DNA of 64,000 bases, the filler included, from Lenisia limosa (taxonomy: Eukaryota; Protista; Breviatea), in the NCBI GenBank assembly GCA_001655205.1. It is 11 parts of 11 records of this genome, joined end to end, with 100 filler letters (N's around TTAATTAATTAA, not from the genome) between each part and the next. Parts side by side here need not be neighbours in the genome. Positions count along the whole stretch, not along the records: positions 1 to 19,881 come from LPNZ01006309.1; 10 more parts are not named here. One strand, written 5' to 3'. How positions within the stretch are numbered: the first letter of the stretch is position 1; each line of letters begins with the position of its first letter. The position numbers and the translations under genes are program-made. The notes under the pieces were generated by a model. It had not been told where the DNA came from. It worked only from the letters and a program-made list of their open reading frames with translations, and made no database searches. Positions 1 through 12,200 of this stretch are shown here, piece by piece.

Positions 1-296
1 AATTATTGTATAAATAGCATAAAATAGTAAGTTGTATACGTATATGATATATACATAGTAACGTGCTGCTTTTGACTGCTATGAGAAAATTTTATCTTTT
101 ATGACAAATTCAAATATCTCAACATCTCAACATTTTGGACTTGACCAAGGCCAGGAACTACTTTCTTCGTATTTCATTTCTCTCTTCACATATCCGATAT
201 AATCTCTATCATATTTCTCTCTTATTTTTTAATTCACGTCTAGAGCCCTCATAGATTTCAAACCATTCTGTAATTGTTCATCCTCATACCCACTAG

Positions 297-3200
297 CCTG
301 TTGATGGGTCATCTTCGTTGGAGATTATTGAGAACACTACAGGCCTCTACCATGGTTCCGTGGTTTACTACACTATTGACAAAAATGTATGTTGTACAGA
401 AATATTGAATTGATAATTCGTATGTGATCATATTACATTACACATTCCTATCATTTATTATATCATATACACTATGTAGTACGCAAAAATGGGGTTTGCG
501 TAAATCGGATGGAAATAATTAGGATACATTTATTTATTGATTTGCTTTTTTTTTCAAAGAAAATGGTATATTCAGTACTTAACAAGCATCTTTCTATACC
601 CCCTGAGATTGGCTCAGGTTTCTTGCTTTTTTACACCGTCTCAGATAGTAAGCTGTTTTATCTGTTCGTTTCATAATACCCCAACCTTTGATCACGACAT
701 GATAAGTACAACAGAATATTTAACCTGTATAGGGGTTGGCCATTCCAGTCAAGCGGATCCAGTTCGACTTTAGACTCGATGTAAGCAGAACTAACCCCCC
801 GAACCAGTTTTGGTATTTTGATTGCAAGAGAAGACACGACATTTTATTTATTGATTGGCCACTTTAAACTGTACTACCACAAGATGCGTTTTGGATATTT
901 TAACTAAATGATTTGTATTTTACGCTTTAGATGGACTGTATTGGACTCATCCAACTTTGCACTTTTACTGAAAGCAAGGCGTTTGCCCCCATCAACAAAT
1001 TAGTATGGTCATTATATCATATTCGACATGGTATCACATACTAACAACTCGATTCCACTCCCCTAACTTTTCATTATTTCTCATTCACCACAAAGGCCCC
1101 TCTTCTCGGGCTGGAGAAGGGTGAGAAGACCATTTGTCCAAATGACACCGCTCTCACAAAACTGCGCATCAGCGGATGGGATCGAAAATACGTCCACCCT
1201 TCGGCTATGGTTGGAGGGGGTGTTATGATGGGGTTGGAGGGGCATACATTAATTTATCTGTTCTGGGGAGGTGGGATGTTTAAAGAGCAAATATCAAAAA
1301 TCTTTTCGATGAAATGTTTTATGTAATAGTGATGAAGAGTTTTGTGCAATTTGTATTGAGGGAGAAATGAAATAAGTGATCATTTCACCACTTCTCAGAT
1401 TGAAGAGACCTTTGAACAGCCTCATAATGTCCCCTGGGAGGAATGGGTGGCAAGCTATCTCGCAACAATCGAGTGTACTCAACCCTCAAACTTAGTACTT
1501 GGGGTGCATCTGAAATTGATTTGATATACAATGACGGGGGGGAAAGTCTTGACTGATACATTCAGATTGAACCTTCGTGTTAATTTTGTTCACCATTTCA
1601 ACTCGAAAATGGTCATATGATATTATCTACCTCCTTACCCAAACCAGCTTGAAAAAGAGTCCAAGGAGATCCTTGAGAGTCTGACGCACTCGGTTCCTCC
1701 CTTCCTTGTTGAGGGTTATTTTGAGCCCAATTTCTATGCTATTGACCCCGAGGGCTGTACTGACCGTGACGATGCTATAGCAACAGTTGGGGGGATAATG
1801 TAGAACTGAAGACTTAGACTTGACCCTCGATGTGGGATTTTTAGGTTGTTATGGGGATTATAGGAGAGTGACAATATTTGTGGTGGATTGTGTCTTGTGA
1901 CTGTGGTGACTAGTGGAATTATGAGAGTTTGGTATTATTGGCTATTATATAGGGATGTTGCTAGTGAGGAGTTCCAATACACATGCACTCATTTTCATAT
2001 TTCCTTTCATCTCTCCTCCCCCCTCCACAACCCTCACCCCATTAGTGGACAAACCACACCACTGGCGAGGTATTTGTAGCCGTGGCCGTGGTGGATGTTT
2101 CTTTTTACGTCAAAAAACGCTCCACTATTGATAAATTCGTTGGTGGCTGTTAAAACTGTTTACTTTTGTTGAACAAACAGGGTTGAATTCAGGATGTTTC
2201 CAATTTTCTTCACATCCCCTTTCAGGCTATGCAACGACAAATGTCCATCTATCCCCCAGGTATGTTCATTGGTTGAAAATAGATGAAAATTGGGGGTTTA
2301 ATTATTCTGAAACCTGGTTTTAGATGGGAAATTTGCCGTTGACTTGGTTTAAACTTTTCTTGGTTTATCATTTTATATTCAATTATATGCCGATTTTTAT
2401 GTTAAACAAGCTTCAAGTGTCATTGTGATTCATTTCAGTATTTGCACATACACAATTGTCTGCTTCAGATATCAGAGACTGTTCATTTTGAGCTATTCTT
2501 CTAACCTCAAAGGTGTCCCTGCTGTATCCATGCTACCCGTCACCCTTACAAGCAACCTGTCAATATCCTCAGTGGTTCCTTGCGTGATTGTGGGCAGTGG
2601 TTTTTGGGATGCCAAAAGACTTTGAATACTATATACAAAGAGGGAATAAGTTTAACTCTAGTTTCTGTTTTTCTCCTTGTTTAATTATTTATTTACGGAA
2701 ATAAAGTATTTCTTCTGAAATATCACGTAATTTTGTTTAATTTTTGAAACTAAACCGATTCTACTTATGTTAAAATTTGTTAGGCACATGATTATTTAAA
2801 TTTATATAATTCTATATAATTGTGATGGTGTTGGCGGCGTCGGCTTTTACCTTTTTCACTACTCCTGTTGCTGATGTACATATCTAGTGGTATGCAAGCC
2901 TGACAACCATGAAGAGCGAATTCACCATCGGGACTGTGAATGTTAATGAGTTAACTTATCCATTTGTGAGTTTCTTCGTTTGTATTGTGAAATAAACATG
3001 GCGGGAGAAACATGTTATTGAGAAATGGAAGCATTATTGTTTAAAAGGGCGGGTATCATGTTTGGAACTATCTCCCAAACAACTCTCTGTGATAGTAAAT
3101 AAACTAGTGCTCCGTGGAATTAATTTTGTGAGGACATTAATTGACAAATTGGCAATTAAATTGTCTGAAAAGAGGTTCTGGTTACACTATGTCCCACGTC

Positions 3201-6200
3201 AACTTTTGAAATTATTTTTTCCTTCAATTGCAAGGAGTCCTAACATAAACACACTTGCTATCCCACATAAAATTACCCAATTTAGGTTGGAGATAATCTG
3301 GCCAACCCTACCATCAAAGCCTTTGTGGATGCAGCAGAGACAATGCTCAAAATGCGGCGTGATTCTCCCAAGCCTGGATTCCCTGTCCCGTCTAGAGAAA
3401 CAATCGTCACACCTGAAGTAAGTAAAATGTTTTTTTTTTATTTTTGTTGATTAAGGGCAATCAATACTATTTATATATTATCAATGTGATAGAAGGTATT
3501 GCCTTGTTCATGTATCATTACAATTGAAGAATGTTATCAAAGCCATCCACACTACAATCCAATCCATTTTATTATTATTTTTAATCCATTTTAGGGGCTC
3601 GTAGAACCAGATGACGCCTGGAAAAACCCAGTTGCCCATGGCATCGTAGAGCAGTTTATGATATCTGCAAATTTGGCTCTATCACAGCAATTCAAGGAAC
3701 ATGAAATTGCCGGAGTTTTCCGTTCGCAAGAGAGGGAGTACAATGATGTAGGCCAGGATTATGATATATCGATATATTATAGCATACCATAGTATGTAAT
3801 GCTATTATGTAAAGTATATTGTTATTTTTGTATTTAATATATGTAGATCTCATAAAGTATACTACATGCAATATAGTGTAATATTTGCATATGATCTACG
3901 ATTTCTAAGACATACTATATTACTATATTCACATCCCCCTGCAAATACTCAAGTTACATTTCCCAGCTCTTTATTCGGTCCATGTTCTCACCCCACAAGG
4001 GACTTCGAACAGTGATGGGACGTCACAATGAAACTATCCGCTCCAACAGTCTTAATACCTCCACACAAGCCCATCTGGATCTTGATGCTGATATGAAGAA
4101 TGTGGGCTGCGGGGGTGTATGACAAATAAGCAGCGGGGGTTGTCAAGCTCCAATTTGTTCTATTCAGTTCACCATTAGGGCTTCACTTCCGGTTGGAAAA
4201 TACCGGTAATATTATATAATTTTCGAGGATTTATTAGGCAATTCAGCCGTTTTCAAACTGAAGTGAAGCCCTATTCATCAAACATTTCAGCACTGCTCTC
4301 CTGCCTTCTACACCACATCGCCCAATCAACCTCACGATACCATCGGAACTGAAGGGCCGTACTGTACATGGACGTCTCCTCTTCGTCGCTACGTTGATAT
4401 TGTTAATATGCGACAGTTGAAGGAATATCTACTGAGTAATGTCGTCTCCGAGGTATCAGGACGCCGGGTTTGGAATTAGTTTCCATGATTGTCATTTTCC
4501 TTTAATCTTGGATTTGGGGCTTGGCGACAGATTATTTGCTGAATCTGTTTAAAGGCATTCTCACACATGATATTTTAGGGGCATTCTGATAAGGAAATCA
4601 ATCTTGCCGTTGCACTTGCAAATGGACCCACTCTGCAGCTGCCTAGTGTTGGCGGTGTAAATGTGTTATTATTTTGGCTTTTGGTAAAAATTCACTTCAA
4701 TAAATCATTTTACAATCATTCACTAATAATCAATACAACTCACTAATCATTTTCATCATATGTCACCTGCTTCAGATCACGACTGCTCTTATGGAAGACT
4801 ATGTTGGCAGAACCCTTTTAACATCTGCATTACCCACGAATTACAAAGTCAAAAACGTGGCGCACTACGGATTTGAAGTAAGTCTTTCTCCAGTTATTGC
4901 ATTCACCACACTTCTATCAAGTGATTGTCATCTTTAACAATTTCAGCACATGTTTGTAAACCTCTTGTTATATTTTTAATTTAACCAGAATGTTATTATA
5001 TATTTTTTTTGGGAATTTCTCCAAAGTTGTTAGCATTTGTTTGATTCATTCTTGTCACACAATTGTTTGTTTGTTCCAAAAGCAGTCCCTTACATTGCAG
5101 GGTTACGTCCCGAGCCACCCAGGACTCTCGGAATTTGGCCGTTTAATCGAAACCGCAAACCTCACTACTAGAAGTTCAGGAGAACCTGATGTAGGAATAA
5201 ATAACTGTTATTGATAAGACTTGAGATACGGTTTTTGAAAATGCCCGGTCCTAGGATCTGACTTACCTGGTGTATTAATGATTATTTATTGAGTACAAAG
5301 TAATGGTTGGTCTTGATGTAGTAGTGGTGGTGCTACAAGCACAATAATTGAAATTAATTGAAAAAATTTGATATTATAGTGTCTATAGTGGGGTTTTTGT
5401 TACATTATACCCAACGTTAAGAAATTATATGGTGATGTAGAGGAAGTGCACTAACTAGGGATTCACTTAGGTTTGAAAAATCCGATCAAATTTATTGTTT
5501 GTGTCAAAAATTGAATCAAAAACTTGTTTGATAATTACGACTTCTAGATGCTTCTCTTTGAATACACATTTTTCAATATTGATTGTTGTAGTATATAGAT
5601 AATGGGTTACTCTTCAACGTATTCTGCGATACCACTGGCCATGGCGGCAAGCATCCTGCTCTAAATTACAAAGACCGGATTGTCAAGGCTGGTGCAACAC
5701 TCAAAATCCGCATGACCTCCACCATCGCAACCACTAATCCAGTGAGATGGGTGGACAATGTACCCAATAAGGTTAGATACAAAAAAATCAAGGTAGGGGT
5801 TCTCAATCTGTTTGAGAGTGGGTTGGGCAATATGTTTCATTTTGATATTTAAACACAATATATCATATAATATAACATATTTAATTGATAAACAGAACAT
5901 GGATATCAATATAATGAAATGATGTGATACTGAATACGTAGAAAACTATAAAAGGGAATTACCAATAAAATATACATCAATCTGAGATCAATATTTGTTA
6001 GAAAGGGAGGGATGGTTCTTCTTTGCAACCACCGTAAACCTCACCCTGAAGTGCCGCATCGGGAGAAAGCAACCAACACCTTCCATAGATCTTGTTCAAA
6101 TTGCACCTGGTGCCATTATCTGTCACAATCACTGCGCAGTAAGAGGATTAGATTTTTCACATTTAGTAATGTGATGAAAAGTCATATTTACTTACTCTAA

Positions 6201-9200
6201 TGCACTCTCTTCAACTATTTGGTGATCAATATTTCGACCTCCCCCCATGTATTGAACCCCACACACACAAAGTCAGAACAATACATGAACAGAACGATGT
6301 TGTTTTGTTTTATATTAATTTTCATAATTTACTAATCCCGCAGGACCCTGCTGCCGCCTTCACGCCGTCCCCCTTCCCCCCGGTTCAGCAAATTTATGAC
6401 GACTTTCAGCAATGGGGTGATGTTGCCAGAAAAGTTGCATTGGTGGGGGGGGGGATTTACTGAACTACAATACGAATAACACAGAGATGGACTTGTTTGT
6501 TTGAGGGAAACAGTTTTTCATTTGGTTATCAATTTGATTCATTCAGATAGACAATATATAATATGATATAGTATGTATCTTATATATTGACTATTATGTG
6601 TATTGAAATTGTTCCTCACCCTCTTTTACAAGCCGGTTCAGATATCTTACATCCAACATCCAACAAATTTGTTGGATATATGTTGAATATGATTACCAGA
6701 CTGTTGGTGAAAGTTTAATTATTGAATGAGAATAAATTATTGGTATTTTTTTCGTGACAATTAGATATGCCCTATTTACCCGCCAGCGAGTTTCCCAAAA
6801 ATTCCGCAAAATTCCTATTTTGCGAAAAAATATATTCGCAAACTGGTGATCCACATTTTTACAACAAAAAATATTAAAAAAATCAACAATCTGCAGAAAT
6901 ACTGTTTTTCCTCGAAAATTCCGCAAATATCCCGAAAAAATACAATTTTTCTGCTCGGGAAAATAGGGCATTTTGACAATTTGAAGGAATTTTTGATTGA
7001 TGATTGTGAGACTAGGGCTCTACGTTTCGAAAATACCCGTATAATATCGATAGTTTTCGGTGAATTATCGAGAAATTCAGTCATTTTTTTACCGAAGTGA
7101 AATTAAGTCATCTTCTGGTAATCTCAACAAGTACAATGTGATACAACATTGTAGAAATAGGAAATGTCGATTACATAACCCTATACTGTATCAAGAAAAA
7201 AAGATGTAGAGGAGTGAGAGGAGAACTTAATTACAATATTTGTTGGATGATGCCCCATTATATTTATTTCTTACATTTCACCCCAACCAGGCCTCAGGTG
7301 CTTCAAAACCCTTCAATGAAGACGCGTTCTTCAAGACAGAGGAAGGAGGAACTATCTGTCACATTCAGCGCTTCAACGTCCGCTTAACCCTCAAATCTAT
7401 CAAAGCAAGCGAAATTGTCTTCGAAATTAAGGATAATGTAAGCGGGAAACGGAAAGAGCCACACAATACTCTCTCACATTTTCATGTATTTTCACAATTG
7501 ATCTAACATTTTGAATTGTTTTTTGCTGAGTATACAACTATTCTATCTGAAATAGATTCTGCTATTTCAATAGGGGTAAGTGGGATTGATAAATAGTTAC
7601 GTTTAACAACCTGGATTGGAGCTAGACCATCTGTGTACTCTTGGTATCAGAAAGGTGGTTTGGACATCCTGGTAAAAATTAGAAATTTCGTGATGAAAGC
7701 CTTCATATTGTCTGAAATTAGAAAAGTAAAATCCCAAGTATTTTTAGAAACACCAACAATTGATAAGTATTAGTGTTCTGTTTACACTTCAGATGGAAAT
7801 CCCGTGGCCGCTTAATTACACCATTTGCTATGCTTGTGTACGTGTGCCGTCTTCTGATACCGTTGATGAGGTTGGAGCGTGCGTTCAGTTTTGGAGGAAG
7901 ATAGCATCATATAATCTTTATCTTTTTCGGGAGAGGAGGTTTTTTTTACGATTATCTTATGAAATGAAATGCGTATTTACTTACTGTATCAATATGTATC
8001 CATCCATATTTTTTTGATTTATAGATTTGATAGTTGCCTTCATTGAGCTAAATAATACCCATTAGAGCACATTAATAATTACAATTCCCAAGTTTTCTAC
8101 AATTAGTTGTCACTACTTAGCGCATCAGCCTTGACCACAATCTGACAGTCTACCACGGCATTTTGACAGTTCAAGAAGGCCTGATCCGTTGTACACCTAA
8201 CCTAAGCTGTCCTGCTGACCTTATGAGCCCGTTTATGGCGGCAGGACAGAAGCGTCGTTGTGTAGTCGAAGCTGCGCCTATTGCAGTCCCCACTGTGCGG
8301 GCTCTTGAGACCATTGAAACCCTCCAAGTTAGTTCCAGGTTGATCAACTTCAACCTGTATGGGTCAGTACCTGTTATAGTCGTCAAACTTTCAAAATACT
8401 CACGTCTCAGCGTGGCCATGTAAGTAACCTCGAAATCTGCAAGCACATTGCCTTCGGTAAGCAATACTCAACAATAATTCCATTTTTGAGCATAATACTG
8501 GATTAAGTTAGAAAGTTAGTTTACATCAGGAATCTAACTGGATCTGTTTACTATAAGATATCATGCATTCATATGAGAATATACCGTATTCAAATTCTAA
8601 ACTCTGAATTTATGTCAGGCAAGTAGTCATGATCAAGACATAACTCAAACTTTTACTTTAATAACACCTCTTAACACTATAATTTTTTCATTTTTGAATT
8701 GATTTTTAATATACAGCTTTTTAATTTGCTCTGAACTTAATATTAGGTACGGACTCTCTCGAGGAGTCACCATCTGACGCAACTCCCCTCGAGGCCGAGC
8801 GCTACAACCGCCACAGTGGGGGGGGCATTTTGACTTGTGTGTGTAGGGATGTTTCATGAGTATACCGTCGTTATTTTCTACATTATCTGTTATGAAGACC
8901 TATCCCGTCACTTTTTACAGCTGAGAATCCCCTCAATGACAGTCAACTCCGAGCTATTAGCTCAGGAACTAAGAATCCTATTACGCTTATTTGGGGCCCA
9001 CCCGGTGAGAGGTGGTGTATTTTTGACAGAAATGGTCGCAATAATTATCACAATATATCTTGTTTGATAATAGGATGACAGGGGTGCTCAAAATTTGAAA
9101 AAGTTGACAACATACAATATCATCTGTTCTTAGAGGAAAAGTTCTTCATTTGGAAACCCAATTTTACAGACAATATGAGACGCAAAACTGCATTGTGTGC

Positions 9201-12200
9201 AAAGAATTTGTAATAGTTACGAATTTTGGAATTGGTTTCACATGGGTTTCAAATCCCAAAAAATCTCATACATCATACATCTACATATATTTTTAGGGTT
9301 TTTTCGGATAGGGGGAGCGTTAGTTTTCACAAATTGTAGGAACTGGAAAGACCACTACCGGCATCGTTTTGGCCTTAGAACTTCTGGAGAAGTACCCCAA
9401 TACTGTCATAACTGACGAGACAAGCAATACCAAGACAACTGTCAATAGGTTGGATGAGGGGGGTGGCTAAAGAAGATGGTGTAAAAAATAACATACTTGC
9501 TTTTAAAAGGAGAACAGTAAATCTAATATATGGATACTATATATCAGTTAATAATGTTAGGATCATGATATATGTGTGTCCTCAAAGCTCCGGACATCAT
9601 TCAAAATTCCCGGACACATCAAAACTCCCGGACAGCTNNNNNNNNNNAAAATGTCATAAATCCGTGAATTTGGTCTCCCGAGGTTTCATTATTTGAATAA
9701 GATTGCATTATTTGAATAAGATTGAGATTACTTTAAAAAACAGAAGGGAAATAGGTTTCTGGGTGGTTTATGGTGATTTTGTATGGAAAACTCAAGCTGT
9801 CCGGGAGTTTTGATGAGTCCAGGAATTTTGAATGATGTCCGGAGCTTTGACTATACATATTGTCCTTTTGTATATTTCTGAGAGATCGATAAGCTACCAC
9901 TTTATGAAGAAATAACCGCAGCCATCACTTTCCTTTACATCACTCTATACAAAAGCTATGAATTTATCTACCTGAGCTGATCACTTGGGTTTATATTCTT
10001 CACCAATTATATACACTGACGCGATACGTTAGCACAAATTTTGAAATTTGTCTTTAGTCAATCGTTTCGGAACTTCCTCGGTCAGTTTATCGAAGACAGT
10101 TTATTTAAATACTAACCTTCATATTCTGTAGTGTTTTATATGCTGCGACTTCGAACAAAGCAGTCGATGTTGTAGCTGAAAGACTATATAAAAACCTTCC
10201 TGCTGACCAGTTGGGTGGTGGTCTCAATTGCTGTACTTAATTCTTCTTTTCAAAAATATGTTGAGTGAATTAATTAATGGGGAAATGTTAAGAATGAATT
10301 AAGTGGTTAAAATTTCTCAATTGTTGTTAAAATATGAAAATATTTGAACATACTCATCATACACCAATGCTGACTAAGTAGCATAATTGTTCGCGTGTAT
10401 CCTCGTAGCGCTGAAAAAATTGCGATTCCAGACATGAAGAGACACTATGACAAACATCGCCCAGTTATTGTAGGCAAGCCTTGGATTTATTTTTGTGATT
10501 TTTTTTTGTGTCCAGACAAGAAAGGAATTTAATCTGGTTCTATTATAATGGGATTGGTAATGCTGAAGACACTGTGGGCGAATTGATTATGGTTATATTT
10601 GTGTTCAATATAAATTTTAATTTTGAAATTCCTTAAATTGGTTTCTGCAGATGTACTATAATTGATGTTGTTATTGTTCTGTTTTTCATTTAACCTTAAA
10701 AGGGAGCAGATTTGTAGAGAGAATTTCGGTAATGATTGTTTCTGTTGAATGAAAATATTAATTTCAGTTTGTGAAAATATTGATGTTGAATATCAGGCTC
10801 TGGAAGTTCCTCCCCCACTTCCCGAAGATCTTAGGACAATTGCATTACATCGTCAAATTCGAAGCAGCAAAATATGCAGTCTTTCAAGTGCAATTTCAAC
10901 GTATGCAATAACAGCATTCCACGAAATTTTCTACGTATCTGTGTAATTAATTTTTTGAAAAAATTAATTGACAAAATTTGAAATTTAAGTGTCTGAAATT
11001 TCGTTCCCATTTCAATATGTTGCACTTCAATTTTTGAAATTATTTTTCAATTAATTGCACAGAGCCCTAATATTTTCCCATGATCAAGTATAATATATCA
11101 CAATTGTTCACAATTCAGAATATTTGTTGTAACATTTTATTTGTTGACAGTTCTTTTATTTCCTGATAAATTTTCAGAATGGAGAAGATGCCTGAAATGG
11201 AGGAAGGTGATTTCAAGGCTTATTTGAAGCTTATATCACGGGCCGAACAGGAAGGTAGATGGAGCTTATACCTTAAGGCTTCTATACAGTCTCAAAAAAG
11301 AACGAATTTCTTGATAAATTCTCGATAAATATCGATATTTCACCGGACCGTAAGGAAGTACTAATTATGCTACTTGATTTAAGGGTGGGCCTTGTCCTTA
11401 GCTCCCCTGACCTTCCATATTAATCCGTGATATCGATCTGAATTTCTTTTGTTACACCCCTCCCATTTTCCATCACACACAGATTCCCTCCTTCCCGTCT
11501 TTTTACCCCTTTAAGGTTTCAATTCGGTTCGAAAAAGACCAGTAAAATATCGATAATTTTCGAGGATTTTTCGAGAAATTCTGTCTTTTGTCGAACAGAA
11601 GTGAAGCCCTAATACCCCCCCCNNNNNNNNNNNNNNNNNNNNNNNNNNNNNNNNNNNNNNNNNNNNNNNNNNNNNNNNNNNNNNNNNNNNNNNNNNCGAA
11701 TCAAAAACACCTTTAGATCTGTGATCGTAGACGAGGCCGGAAATAGGTGTGTTTCTTGCAAAATTCTCTTCGGATTGGTTTTGGTTGACAACATCGCTAC
11801 AGTGCATCGCCATTGAATTCTTGTAAACGATGGAATTTCAATATTTTTCATGGAAATCCCATGGAATTTGATGGAAATTTGAAGGATTCCCATATATTAC
11901 AAGGAATCCTAAGTCGACGCGCCGCAGTGATTCCATGTTCCTTTCACCATTTCTTGTTCCACTTCCTAATTCCACTTGCTCAGTCATTTTCTGACTCATT
12001 AGTGTTGATGCGGATATCATGATGCCTGTTGTGAAAGCTACTGAAAGAGTGGGGATTTGAAGGGATATTATTTTTGATTGCTGCTGGTATATTACCTTTG
12101 TTAACCGCTCACAGGTGACTTTGATTGGAGATCCGAAACAGCTACCCCCCGTGATTACCTGCTTCATTGATGCGGTAAGGCTTGGTTCGTACAAGCATCC

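Noticed and set aside
5261-5270. ACTTACCTGG, matching the U1 snRNA 5' end
   Set aside because: No U1 stem-loops or Sm site follow, and it lies inside the helicase gene. It is a chance match.
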